A stretch of 64,000 nt of DNA from Nitrospirota bacterium (GCA_049325335.1 JBMOMC010000043.1:341852-405851), one strand, 5' to 3'; positions 8,956-19,268 are shown, numbered from the stretch's first letter. Made by a program: numbers and translations. The notes: a model not told the origin generated them from the letters alone.

Positions 8956-11900
8956 ATGCAGATCGCGGATCAGAAATGGCGAGTCGGACTTTCGGTATTT
9001 CTCCTGTTGGCCGTTGTGGGACTGACCGCCACGGCCTTTGCTCGGCATGGTGAAGAGGGCATTCTGACGAACCGGATTCCCGAGCCGGCCCCGTATGTGG
9101 TCGGTGAGACGACGATAAACCCGGCAGGGACTGCGGGCGCGTTCGGCGCTCCGCACACCGGCCAGCCGTTCGAACCGCTCTGGACGGGTGTGAACGACAC
9201 CGGGGGGTGCAGCGGGTGCCACACAGGCCTGTACGATCAGTGGAACGGCGCGATGATGTCCAACGCCTGGCGCGACCCGGGGTGGCGCGGCGCGTTCCTG
9301 CTGGTGGCGCGTCTGACCTCGACTGATGGAGACTGCGATATTCCCAATCCGCCCGACGATCCCTCGGGCGCCTCAAAGGCCCAGATCAACCCATTCGGCA
9401 TTGCCGGATGCCAAAGCCGGTTCAACGTCACCCCGGGCACGACCACCCCGTTTCCAGGTGTCACCCCGGCGCTCTACAGCGGCTCCGGGTCGCTGATGGA
9501 CGATTTCTGTTCGCGCTGCCACATGCCGACCAACTATATCGACGCGACCACGAATGTGTATGCCGACAATCAAAGTCCCTTCGGCGGCGGAACATCGTCC
9601 CAGGAACACGGGCGCATTAGCCCGTCGTACGACCCCACTGCCTGTGCCGGAGCCGGGCCCTTGTGCAGTCCCAGTACGTCGCCGCTGGAGCCGTCGCCGA
9701 CCGACCCCGCAACCCGGCAGCCGACCCCCGAGTCGTTCGGGTTCCGAACCTACCTGGACAATGGGGCGACCCGCGTGGTCAACACCAACAGTGGGCAAAC
9801 CGGCATCATTTGCGAGGTTTGCCACACCAACGTGGAGACGCGCTATACGCCGTATCACAATTACACGAAGCCGACCTGGGCGAATGACCAGGCCTTTGCG
9901 CCGACCCCAACAGCCAGCGCGGAGTACTATTGGGCCCCGGGCGCCACGGCTCGGCACCAGCAACTCCCTCTCAACAAACAAGACATCGTCACGGAACCCG
10001 ATACCGCGTCGAGAAATCTCGGCTACGCGTTGGGAGCCGGGGCGTTTCGACTGTCCCCGCATGCGCTCAATTACCCCGAGCGGTTTGGGCCGCTGACCTG
10101 GAACGATCCCTGCGCGCTGGTTCCAAGTCGCCCTTGCGTCATTGATCCGTTCTTGGCGCAAAACGCGGTGGTGGACCCGTACATCACCGACGTCTTTACC
10201 GGCGGCGCGAGCAGCTACACCGCGTATCTGACCTGGGCCAATCCCCCGGGCAAGCACGACACCTTTTATCAGGTCAAGTTTGAGCGGTCGGAGTTTTGCG
10301 CGGCCTGTCACGACGTGACCAATCCGCTGACCATCAAGAACAAGCATGGCTTCTGGGCCGGAGGCTTCCCCATTGAACGAACCTATACCGAGTGGCAGAA
10401 CAGCCGGTATGCTGATCGCCCGGTTCGCAATGACGGCACGATCCCGTATAAACGGGATTGCACGACGTGCCACATGCAACAGACCTTCGGCGAGCCCGGC
10501 ACCGGTCTCACGCTCTACACGGTCAACGGCGGTGTGAGCCCGAAGGCGCCGTTGGAAGAGCCGAGTTGCGATCGCATCGCGCATAACCCCGGGTACTCTC
10601 ACCATTTTGTGGGCGGCAACGCCTACATGACCAAACTGATCGGCTCCGACGCGGACGGAAGCGGGACGGTCTCGCCGTACCCGGAACTGCTCAATACCAG
10701 CTTCTCATCCAGAGACAAAAACAGCCGATTCAATCTGGCCCGCTACGACAATACGCCCAGCGCCCGAGGTCCGTCAGCCACCCAGCACGAGCGGTTCGCC
10801 TGGGATCGGATGCGCAACGTGTTGGTGATGTCCGTGACTGCCCCGGCTTCGGCCACGCCCGGAACCGTGGCGCCGCTGGGGGTGACGATTACGGCCGAAG
10901 GGTCCGGTCACAACTTCCCGACCGGGTTCCCCGAGGGCCGGATTGCGTGGCTGCACTTGAAGGCTTGGGATACCCGCAACACCGCCAATACGTCCGATGA
11001 CGTCGAACTCTTTATTCGCGACAGCGTCCGGCCGGCTGGCGCGCAGGACACGCTGGGAGTCGGGAATCTGACAGCCCAAACCCTGGTGGACCCGGCCTAT
11101 CCGTCCACGTGTCCAGATACGAGTGGAAGCCCGACCGGTTGGAAGATCCCGGAAGGATCGCCCGACCCGTACGCGATTCAGTTCAAGGCGGTGGCCAGCG
11201 AAGACCGGGTTTGTCCGACGCTGGATCTTCCATACGCTACACCCATCAACCTGAGAACCACGGCCGCGGGATTGCCGGCTGATGCCGCAGGCAATCCCGT
11301 GGATCGGGCCAACCCGACCAGGCTGCCCCAGTATAACGACCTGGACGGCGACGGCGACCTCTTCGATGATTCCTTCCTTGTGGATACCCGCCTACGACCC
11401 CGGGGATCGGGCGATCTCGTCACCACGGTGAACAGCCTCCGCTACCCGGTGGTCGGGCCCACGGTTACCACGTCGCGGTACTCGGTGGTCATCCCTGCGA
11501 CCGGCGTGGTCGGCCCCATTGCGGTGACCGCGGCCGTGTACTACCAGGCTTTTGAAGCCGTGGTGGCCAAGAAGTTTTTGGGCAATCTGGCGAACTTGGA
11601 CGATATCGATTGCAACGAAGGGACCGCTATTCCCGGCGTGACCTGCAACACGGTACCCGCCGGAACCCTGCCGACCGGAACCCCCACCCCGTTTCTGGAG
11701 CCGTGCGTGCTCAAGGGGGCTTGCGACCGGGTTGGGAAACCCGGTGTCACCGGAGAGACCCAGTTGCGAGATGCGCTCAAGACCGATCCCGTGGTGGTCG
11801 AGGGCGCGCCTCCGGTGCCGATGGAAGTGGTGAACAAAGTGATCGCCGTCGGGGCTGCGGCTGATACCGTTGCGCCGCGAGTCATCATCAACAATTGCAA

Positions 11901-12432
11901 GCTACCTAGGGGCTCCACCGGCGTCGTGGATACCGCGCTGGGCCGCTATTGCACCGGCACCAATCTGACGACGCCGATCACGCAACTCCAGACCAACCAA
12001 CAGTATCCTCATTGGTCACCCTCCCCCTACGGAGGCTCGACTGGGAACTTCTTTACCGAAGGCTACGGGGAGCTCGGCGTCGTACATAACCGGATACTGA
12101 AGGTCTCGTTCAGCGAACCGGTGCAGGAATGTGACAACGTGGCGGGGTCGGTCAACTGTAAGCCCCTGAGCACGGCGACGTTCTATATCACCGATGGGGG
12201 GCGGGTCCAGATTCAGCAGCTCATCGACCAGATCGACGATACGACCTGGGGGCTCTTTCCCTCGCAGGGCGCGGACCAGGTGTTTCTCGCGGGCGGTGGC
12301 TACATCGCGCACGTGGCGCCGACGCGTAACGGGCGAGCCATCAAAGACTTTGCCGGCAATACACTGGCGCCAGGACCCACGACCGAACCCAATTTCGTGG
12401 GCGAGTACACGTTCGGGTTCAAGGCGCAGTAA
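8956..12432 (+). CDS. Large secreted pentaheme c-type cytochrome with C-terminal Ig-like domain (paralog 1)
   Basis: Sec signal (…ATAFA/RHGEE); 5 CxxCH (CSGCH, CSRCH, CEVCH, CAACH, CTTCH); MMSNAWRDP, HHFVGG, GHNFPTG; DLDGDGD; Big_5-like DTVAP..FSEPV..DFAGNTL. Confidence 0.85.
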   Translation: MQIADQKWRVGLSVFLLLAVVGLTATAFARHGEEGILTNRIPEPAPYVVGETTINPAGTAGAFGAPHTGQPFEPLWTGVNDTGGCSGCHTGLYDQWNGAMMSNAWRDPGWRGAFLLVARLTSTDGDCDIPNPPDDPSGASKAQINPFGIAGCQSRFNVTPGTTTPFPGVTPALYSGSGSLMDDFCSRCHMPTNYIDATTNVYADNQSPFGGGTSSQEHGRISPSYDPTACAGAGPLCSPSTSPLEPSPTDPATRQPTPESFGFRTYLDNGATRVVNTNSGQTGIICEVCHTNVETRYTPYHNYTKPTWANDQAFAPTPTASAEYYWAPGATARHQQLPLNKQDIVTEPDTASRNLGYALGAGAFRLSPHALNYPERFGPLTWNDPCALVPSRPCVIDPFLAQNAVVDPYITDVFTGGASSYTAYLTWANPPGKHDTFYQVKFERSEFCAACHDVTNPLTIKNKHGFWAGGFPIERTYTEWQNSRYADRPVRNDGTIPYKRDCTTCHMQQTFGEPGTGLTLYTVNGGVSPKAPLEEPSCDRIAHNPGYSHHFVGGNAYMTKLIGSDADGSGTVSPYPELLNTSFSSRDKNSRFNLARYDNTPSARGPSATQHERFAWDRMRNVLVMSVTAPASATPGTVAPLGVTITAEGSGHNFPTGFPEGRIAWLHLKAWDTRNTANTSDDVELFIRDSVRPAGAQDTLGVGNLTAQTLVDPAYPSTCPDTSGSPTGWKIPEGSPDPYAIQFKAVASEDRVCPTLDLPYATPINLRTTAAGLPADAAGNPVDRANPTRLPQYNDLDGDGDLFDDSFLVDTRLRPRGSGDLVTTVNSLRYPVVGPTVTTSRYSVVIPATGVVGPIAVTAAVYYQAFEAVVAKKFLGNLANLDDIDCNEGTAIPGVTCNTVPAGTLPTGTPTPFLEPCVLKGACDRVGKPGVTGETQLRDALKTDPVVVEGAPPVPMEVVNKVIAVGAAADTVAPRVIINNCKLPRGSTGVVDTALGRYCTGTNLTTPITQLQTNQQYPHWSPSPYGGSTGNFFTEGYGELGVVHNRILKVSFSEPVQECDNVAGSVNCKPLSTATFYITDGGRVQIQQLIDQIDDTTWGLFPSQGADQVFLAGGGYIAHVAPTRNGRAIKDFAGNTLAPGPTTEPNFVGEYTFGFKAQ

Positions 12433-12453
12433 CGATTCGATATTGGGGGGTGA

Positions 12454-12492
12454 GCGAGGGGAGGCGAGCCATACGCCTCCCCTCGCACTTTT
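12454..12492 (+). terminator. Intrinsic terminator
   Basis: 13-bp stem GCGAGGGGAGGCG / CGCCTCCCCTCGC followed by ACTTTT. Confidence 0.75.
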
Positions 12493-12709
12493 CTCAACGG
12501 AAAATATTCCCCTTTCAATGCCTTCTTTTCCCATTCTTGGTTTGCTTGTTTCGTCAAAAATCAAACCAACGGACAATTGAGCCGGGTCTGAGTTTGGGGT
12601 ACAGTCGCAAAATATATCACCAGCCTATGTATTCAGGCCGGGTTGGTGACTGGTTTATTCAAGATGATGGCCTGATTGTCCATGGGACTCGGAGACCGAG
12701 GAGGGGCAG

Positions 12710-15700
12710 ATGAAATACGGGCATCAGAGATGGAAAGGAATAGTCGTGGCGCTCGCGAGCGTGCTGAGTGTCGCGGGCCTGGCGTCCACAGCGTGGGCCC
12801 GGCACGGGGAGGAACAGAGGCTCACCAACCGGATTCCGGAGCCGGCCCCGTACGTGGTGGCAGAGACGGCCGCAGCGGGTGGGGCGCCGCACACCGGGGT
12901 CCCCTTTGAACCGCTCTGGAATGGCGCCAACGAGGCTGGGGGGTGCGACGGCTGCCATACCGGGCTCTGGGAGGAATGGAACGGGGCCATGATGTCCAAT
13001 GCCTGGCGCGATCCAGGGTGGCGCGGCGCGTTTTTGCTGGTCGCACGGCTGACGTCAACCGACGGGTGCGCGGATATTCCTGCTCCCCCGGACGACCCGA
13101 ACAATGTCAATGGCACGCGGTATGACTGTAGCGACGACGCCCATAAGATCAACCCATTCGCCAACGCGAATGGGACATCAACCTTTAATATGGGGACGAC
13201 TACGGTTGACTACAGCGATTCCGGGTCGTTAATGGATGATTTCTGTTCGCGGTGTCACATGCCCAGCAACTATGCCGATGCGATCACGTCGGTGACAACG
13301 CTGGCAGCGGATTCCGGTTTGGAGCATGGTCGCATCAGCCCGAAGTACGATCCGACGGATTGCGTGGGCCCCTCGCCCTGCGGAACGTTGGGGACGTTGA
13401 CCACGAGAGATCCGGCGAACAATGCGTTGACGCCCGAATCGTTCGCCCAACGGTTCTATAGTGATCTTAATGATACAGCCGGCGTCAGCCGGCCAGCCAA
13501 CACCAACAGCGGTAAGGCCGGTATTACGTGCGAAGTCTGTCACACCAACGTGGAGACACGTTTCACCCCGTATCACAATTACAACCGGTCCGCCAATGCG
13601 AATATCCAGAGCATCACGCCAGGCCCGACGCAAAGCGCGGAATACTATTGGGCGACAGGGGCCGGTGAGCGCAACAGCCAGTTGCCGCCGGACAAAGCCG
13701 ATATGCTGTATGTCCCGGATCCAACGTCCGGAAACCTTGGGTACGGGATCGGGGCTGGAGCGTTTCGGCTGTCGCCGCACGCGTTGAAGTTCCCGGATCG
13801 GTTTGGTCCGTTGACCCGGAATGACTTCACCAACGTGATCGACCCGTATATCCAGGACGTGTTCAACCTCGGGAACAACGACCCGAACGCGAAATACCAG
13901 ATGGCCAATGAACCGGGCGCGCACAATACCTATTACCAGGTCAAATTCGAGCGCGCCGAGTTCTGCGCGTCCTGTCATGATGTGACCAACCCGATGACCA
14001 TTAAAAACCGACCTGGGTACTGGGTGGGCGGGTTCCCGATTGAGCGGACATATACCGAGTGGCGCAACAGCCGGTATGCTGATCGATCCAAGATCGATCC
14101 TCTGACTGGACAAACCGTGAGGGATGCTGCTGGCAACCCGATCAAGAATCCCCATTACGACGAAAACTACAAACGGGACTGCCAAACCTGTCATATGCAG
14201 CAGACGTACGGCGAGCCGGGCACCGCGCTCACGCTCTACACTGTGGCGCTAAACGGTACGGTCACGCCGGACGCGCCCCTTGGCGAGCCGTCCTGCGACC
14301 GGTATATCCACACGCCGGGGTATTCGCACCACTTTGTGGGCGGCAACGGGTATATGACCAGACTCATCGGGGCGGATATTGACGGCGGGGGCACGGTCAA
14401 GCCGTATCCGGAGTTGCTCCACACGAGTTTTTCTTCCACCAGTGAGGACAGCCGGTACCACTATGCGCGATACGACACCACCGGCACGGTCACGGGCGGT
14501 ACCACGCAACATGAGCGGTTCTCGTGGGATCGGGTGCGCAACGCGCTGACGCTCTCGCTGAGCGCGCAGTACACCTCGATCTCGCAGCCGAGCGTGGAGC
14601 AGGTGGTGCCGTTGACCATCACGGTCAAAAACGAAGGCGCGGGCCACAATTTTCCGACCGGGTTCCCGGAAGGCCGTGCCGCGTGGGTAGCGGTACGGGC
14701 GTGGGACACCAATAACACGCCGGAGCTCACGGATGATACGGAACTGAAGATCCAATACAGCCCGAACTCAGCAGACCGGTCGGTCGGAATCGGATATTTG
14801 ACCGCTGGAACGGTGAAGCCTGATCCCACATACCCATCAAACTGCCCCGATTCGGGCGGCCACGCCGGTGGCTGGAAGCTGCCCGAGGGGTCCATTGATC
14901 CCAACGCATACGCGTTCCGTGCCATGGCCACGCTGGATAAGAGGTGTCCGACATTGGATCTGCCCTATGCCACGCCGGTGAATCTGAATGTGAACGGGAA
15001 CAATATGCCGACGGACGGTCCCAATGGAACCGGAAACGTCATCAACCGAGACAACCCCTTGGGGATCCCGATCTATGCGGATAATGATCAGGATGGGGAT
15101 GTCTTTGACGACTCGTTCCTGAGCGATACGCGGCTGCAGCCGTGTCGGAAAGACCCCGTAACGGGTGTGAGTTGCGCGAACCCGGGGGCGACGCTGAACC
15201 TCACCAAGTACTCGGTGGTGGTGCCGGCGAGCGTGAACGGGCAACCGATCAAAGGACCGATCGCGGTGACCGCTGCGGTGTACTATCAGTCGTTTGAAGC
15301 CATCGTGGCCAAGAAGTTCTTGGGCAATTTGGCTGATCTCGATGACGATGTGATCCCGACGCTGGAGCCGTGCGTGCTCAAGGCGCCGTGCGGGCGAAGT
15401 TCGACCGATGCCGCGTATCGGCAGGCGTTGCTCTTTGATCCGGTGGTGGTAGAGGGGGCGCCCCCGGTGCCGCTACAGGTGCGTAACACCGTAATTAAGA
15501 TCACGCAGGTCGCTGACACGGTGCAGCCACGCGTGATTGTCAATAACTGCAAGCCGCCGCGAGGGGTCACGCCGGTGCCGTGCAACACAAACCTACTGGC
15601 GGCCATTCCCGCCAATGCCCATTGGTCGCCCTCGCCCTACGGGGGGCCGACCGGCGATTACCAGTCGGAGGGTTACGGGGAACTCAACGTGGCGCAGAAC

Positions 15701-16084
15701 CGGATCGTGAAGGTCTCGTTCAGCGAGCCGGTACAGGAGTGCGACGACGTCCCAGGGCAGGTCAAATGCAAGCCGTTGTCGGAGTGTCAATTTGCTCGGG
15801 CGAGCGGGGAAATCCCCAATTGCGGCGTGACATTCTATCTGACGGACAACCGAAACGCCGCAGTGAACTTCCTTCAGGATCAGATCGGGGATACCACGTG
15901 GGCGTTGTTTCCGTATGCGAGTCTGGATGCGGTGTTCTTGGGCGGGGGCGGATACAAGATCCACGTGGCGCCGACCAAGAGCGGCCGAGCGATCAAAGAT
16001 TATGCTGGCAATACGCTCTTCAACGGTCCGACAACCGAAGTCGGGTATGTGAATGAGTACACGTTCGGGTTCAAAGCTCAATAA
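12710..16084 (+). CDS. Large secreted pentaheme c-type cytochrome with C-terminal Ig-like domain (paralog 2)
   Basis: Strong RBS GAGGAGG; signal (…STAWA/RHGEE); 5 CxxCH (CDGCH, CSRCH, CEVCH, CASCH, CQTCH). Collinear with paralog 1 and has the identical C-terminus EYTFGFKAQ. Confidence 0.85.
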   Translation: MKYGHQRWKGIVVALASVLSVAGLASTAWARHGEEQRLTNRIPEPAPYVVAETAAAGGAPHTGVPFEPLWNGANEAGGCDGCHTGLWEEWNGAMMSNAWRDPGWRGAFLLVARLTSTDGCADIPAPPDDPNNVNGTRYDCSDDAHKINPFANANGTSTFNMGTTTVDYSDSGSLMDDFCSRCHMPSNYADAITSVTTLAADSGLEHGRISPKYDPTDCVGPSPCGTLGTLTTRDPANNALTPESFAQRFYSDLNDTAGVSRPANTNSGKAGITCEVCHTNVETRFTPYHNYNRSANANIQSITPGPTQSAEYYWATGAGERNSQLPPDKADMLYVPDPTSGNLGYGIGAGAFRLSPHALKFPDRFGPLTRNDFTNVIDPYIQDVFNLGNNDPNAKYQMANEPGAHNTYYQVKFERAEFCASCHDVTNPMTIKNRPGYWVGGFPIERTYTEWRNSRYADRSKIDPLTGQTVRDAAGNPIKNPHYDENYKRDCQTCHMQQTYGEPGTALTLYTVALNGTVTPDAPLGEPSCDRYIHTPGYSHHFVGGNGYMTRLIGADIDGGGTVKPYPELLHTSFSSTSEDSRYHYARYDTTGTVTGGTTQHERFSWDRVRNALTLSLSAQYTSISQPSVEQVVPLTITVKNEGAGHNFPTGFPEGRAAWVAVRAWDTNNTPELTDDTELKIQYSPNSADRSVGIGYLTAGTVKPDPTYPSNCPDSGGHAGGWKLPEGSIDPNAYAFRAMATLDKRCPTLDLPYATPVNLNVNGNNMPTDGPNGTGNVINRDNPLGIPIYADNDQDGDVFDDSFLSDTRLQPCRKDPVTGVSCANPGATLNLTKYSVVVPASVNGQPIKGPIAVTAAVYYQSFEAIVAKKFLGNLADLDDDVIPTLEPCVLKAPCGRSSTDAAYRQALLFDPVVVEGAPPVPLQVRNTVIKITQVADTVQPRVIVNNCKPPRGVTPVPCNTNLLAAIPANAHWSPSPYGGPTGDYQSEGYGELNVAQNRIVKVSFSEPVQECDDVPGQVKCKPLSECQFARASGEIPNCGVTFYLTDNRNAAVNFLQDQIGDTTWALFPYASLDAVFLGGGGYKIHVAPTKSGRAIKDYAGNTLFNGPTTEVGYVNEYTFGFKAQ

Positions 16085-16112
16085 GGTCCAGTAGCACAGA
16101 GGTATGACAAGG

Positions 16113-16140
16113 GAGGGAGGCGATACCGCCTCCCTCTTTT
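16113..16140 (+). terminator. Intrinsic terminator
   Basis: GAGGGAGGCG-ATAC-CGCCTCCCTC-TTTT. Confidence 0.75.
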
Positions 16141-16245
16141 GTTCCGGCCCATTGATTCGCGCGTGACGGTGACATAGAATCACCCGACCCGCCGTTCAAG
16201 TCAGGATTCAGAAACCCGGTCGGAGTCGACCGCAAAGGAGCAGTC

Positions 16246-18588
16246 GTGAACAGTCGAATCGTCAACAGATCACTGGCGTCAGGAGCCGCGGCGCTTGCCG
16301 TGGCGGGGAGTCTGGCGTTCACCACGTCGGCTGCGGCCAAGTCCGCGACGTTGGCCTACGTGGCCAACGGCGGGAACAACAATATTCAGATCGTGGACGT
16401 GGCCACCGGCGAAACCGTCAATAAATTGTATGCCGGCGCCGCGCCCTGGCGGCTCGTGCCATCGCCGGACAAAAAGCGCTTACTCGTCCAGCACTGGTAC
16501 TCGGAGACCACCGCGGTCGTCAACCTGGCAACGAATGAGATCGAGGCGGTGCTGCCAGTGCGAGGTCCCGGCACGTTCGCGCCGGATGGCAAGAAGTTCT
16601 GGAGCTACTCGTGGCCCGGCTCGTTTTTGCAGAGTTTTGACGGCAAGACGTTCAAGCCGCTCGACCAGCGACAGACCGAAGATCGCAATGCGTACGAGTT
16701 GATTTTCTGGGAGAAGAGCCGGCTGGTGTTGGGCCAGTATGACCCCATCACCAAGGCGGGCCGGAAAGTCTCGGATTTTGTCATGACCGCGGACCTTTCG
16801 GACCCCAAACACCAGTCGTCTCAGATCGCGACCGGAACGAGTCCTGCGAGAATCGTGGTGGATCCGAGCGGCGACTTCATCCTGACCGCAAATGTGGACG
16901 GCAACGACGTGACCATCGCGAATCAATACGGCGCGACCGCGCGCATCACGTTGGCCCCGGGACCGCGCGACATCCTCTTTGCCGACCGCGGCAAACGTCT
17001 GATCGTGATCTGTTGGAAACCCGGGGCCCGTGAGAGCGAGGTGTTCACGTTGAGCGCCAACTTTGCCGAGCGTCCGTGGCCCGCGTTCAAGGCCGAGAAA
17101 TCTGCGAAGACTCCTGGCGGGCTGACCGACGCGGCGTTGAGTCCTGACGGCCGCACCCTCTACGCGTTGGATCGCTTGGGCAAGCGGCTGGTGTCGTTCG
17201 ACGCCGTGACCTTGGAGGAATTGGGCAGCCTTGCGGTGGGGGATGAGCCGACCGCGTTTGTGCTCCGCGAAGTCTCCGGCCGCGAGCGTGATCGGCTCGC
17301 GCAAAAGACGGCGGCCCGCAAGCGTCTTGAAGAGGTCGTCACCGCGATGAAGACCCGTGGCCCGGCGTTTACCGACGTGGCATTTACCGAAACCATGACC
17401 AGCGAAGTCCCGGAGGAGGTGAAGGCCGACGGAGACGCGTCGGATGCGGAAAAGCGTGCGCAGGCGCCCAAGACTAAGACCGTGACCTCGACCATCAAGA
17501 CCTCCTTACGGCTTCCGGACTCGGTGCGCCAGGAGTTTGAGGACGGTGGAATCCGGCTGGCCCAAGGCGGCCGCGCGTATGCCGTGACCAAGGCCGGGCG
17601 GTACAACTCCACGCCGCGGCAGGATCTGGTCTACCTCCTGTATACGGTGCAGGGGCAATCCACCGATGAATGGATCAAAGCCTTGGCCGGCGACGTGCCG
17701 GGCAGCCTGTATCTGCGCAACGGGATCGCGGTTGATATCGCCCGCACCGTGGAAGAGGAAGGCCACCGGTACCACGCCATCGGCGCCATGAACGCGCACG
17801 ACCCTGTGTCCCAGTTGTGGGTCAGCGCGGAAACCGGGTTGCCGGTGAGCCTCGTTGAGCAGTTCCCGGTCATGCGGGCGAAGAATCCGCACGCAAAAGG
17901 CGACGAATTTCAGGGGCTGACCGAGACCAGGCTGCAGTATCAAAAACTCGATGGCGGCTACACCATTCCGACTACGCTCAGCCGGTATCTGGACGGCAAA
18001 GAACTAGGCCGTGTCGAGGTCTCGCAGCTCGCATTCAATCAGAATCCGCCACCGGAACGGTTCGACCTGGCCCGGTTGGGCGGGGCGATCAAGCCGTTGA
18101 CGGTCAAAGCCACGCCGGCCAAGGCCTCCCAGAAGGGGCCTGGACTTGCGGTGTCTGGTTTGGGGAACGCGCACGTCGGGACCCCGTTCGAGGACCACGC
18201 GGCGTACAACAGCAACCCGCCCACGTCCGGCCCACACACCCCGTATGTGGCGGACTGGGGCGTGCACAAGGCGCCGATTGCTCCGGAGACGCAGGTCCAC
18301 AACCTGGAAGACGGCGGCGTGTTGGTGCAGTATTCGTGTCCCTCGGCATGTCCAGACCTCGCGGGCAAGCTCGAAGCGTTGGCCGGCAAGTACGAGCGGC
18401 TCATCGTGGCGCCCTATCCGTTGATGACGGATCGGATTGCGCTGACCGCGTGGGAGCGGGTCGACCTGCTGACCGACTACGATGAGGCGCGGATCACCGC
18501 GTTCATCGACGCCTACATCGGAAAGGATCACCATCCGGCTGAAGGAGAGGGGGGCGCCAAGCCGTCGGGAGGCAAGGAAAAAGAATGA
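16246..18588 (+). CDS. Exported fusion: YVTN/YncE-type beta-propeller + LolA-like central domain + DUF3105-like domain
   Basis: RBS AAGGAG with GTG start; signal peptide; AYVANGGNNNIQIVD and PDGRTLYA propeller repeats; central QLWVSAETGLP...FNQNPPPERF; C-terminal YNSNPPTSGPH..VHNLEDGGV..LTAW. Confidence 0.7.
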   Translation: MNSRIVNRSLASGAAALAVAGSLAFTTSAAAKSATLAYVANGGNNNIQIVDVATGETVNKLYAGAAPWRLVPSPDKKRLLVQHWYSETTAVVNLATNEIEAVLPVRGPGTFAPDGKKFWSYSWPGSFLQSFDGKTFKPLDQRQTEDRNAYELIFWEKSRLVLGQYDPITKAGRKVSDFVMTADLSDPKHQSSQIATGTSPARIVVDPSGDFILTANVDGNDVTIANQYGATARITLAPGPRDILFADRGKRLIVICWKPGARESEVFTLSANFAERPWPAFKAEKSAKTPGGLTDAALSPDGRTLYALDRLGKRLVSFDAVTLEELGSLAVGDEPTAFVLREVSGRERDRLAQKTAARKRLEEVVTAMKTRGPAFTDVAFTETMTSEVPEEVKADGDASDAEKRAQAPKTKTVTSTIKTSLRLPDSVRQEFEDGGIRLAQGGRAYAVTKAGRYNSTPRQDLVYLLYTVQGQSTDEWIKALAGDVPGSLYLRNGIAVDIARTVEEEGHRYHAIGAMNAHDPVSQLWVSAETGLPVSLVEQFPVMRAKNPHAKGDEFQGLTETRLQYQKLDGGYTIPTTLSRYLDGKELGRVEVSQLAFNQNPPPERFDLARLGGAIKPLTVKATPAKASQKGPGLAVSGLGNAHVGTPFEDHAAYNSNPPTSGPHTPYVADWGVHKAPIAPETQVHNLEDGGVLVQYSCPSACPDLAGKLEALAGKYERLIVAPYPLMTDRIALTAWERVDLLTDYDEARITAFIDAYIGKDHHPAEGEGGAKPSGGKEKE

Positions 18589-19268
18589 AACGCATTGTCG
18601 TGGTGTTCGGAGCGGTGGCGCTTGGCGTGATCGTGATCCAGGGTTGCCAGCCCAAGCCCGGATCAGGCCTCCCCGAGCCGGTGGCCGAGCGGAGCGGACC
18701 ACCCGCGCCGGGAAGTCTGCCGTCAGGCTCGCTCCCGCTCAACCATCCGACCATGTCGCCCCCGTCGAGCCAACCCGGGCAGTCCCCGCCCGCGGTCAAC
18801 CGGCCGCTCCCGGCTGGTACGCGGAATCCCATGGAAGACATCATGGCGTTCAAGGCGCGCCTGGACAAGAACCCGAAGGATTACGAAGCATTGGTGTCGT
18901 TGGGCAACGCCAACATGATGATCTCCCGGTTGGAGGCGGCACAGGATCTGTATGTGCGGGCGCTGGCGATCAACCCGAAGGATCTGGACGTGCGGACCAA
19001 TCTGGCGATCGCCTATAAATATGGCGGCAAGCCTGACCAATCGTTCGCGGAACTGCACAAGAATTTGGAGGCCGACCCCAACAACGATTCTACGCTCTAC
19101 AACCTCGGGTTCTTGTACTTGTATGACAAGCAGGACAAAAAGAAAGCACTCGATATCTGGAAGAAATGGCTGGTGCTCTATCCCAACGCTCCTGCAGCGG
19201 CCGACGTGAGCAAACAGGTCGCGCAAATCGAAGCGGAGATGGGGAAGGGCGCCGTGTCGTCGAAGTAG
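18585..19268 (+). CDS. TPR lipoprotein (CcmH/CycH C-terminal-like)
   Basis: Lipobox-like IQGC, Pro-rich linker with LPLNHP, and TPR repeats (NPKDYEALVSLGNA, NPKDLDVRTNLAIAY). ATGA-coupled to the previous gene. Confidence 0.8.
   Translation: MKRIVVVFGAVALGVIVIQGCQPKPGSGLPEPVAERSGPPAPGSLPSGSLPLNHPTMSPPSSQPGQSPPAVNRPLPAGTRNPMEDIMAFKARLDKNPKDYEALVSLGNANMMISRLEAAQDLYVRALAINPKDLDVRTNLAIAYKYGGKPDQSFAELHKNLEADPNNDSTLYNLGFLYLYDKQDKKKALDIWKKWLVLYPNAPAAADVSKQVAQIEAEMGKGAVSSK

Noticed and set aside
8956..16084. Assignment of the cytochromes to NrfA, Hao or octaheme reductases
   Set aside because: There is no CxxCK, only five CxxCH motifs, and size and motif spacing differ.
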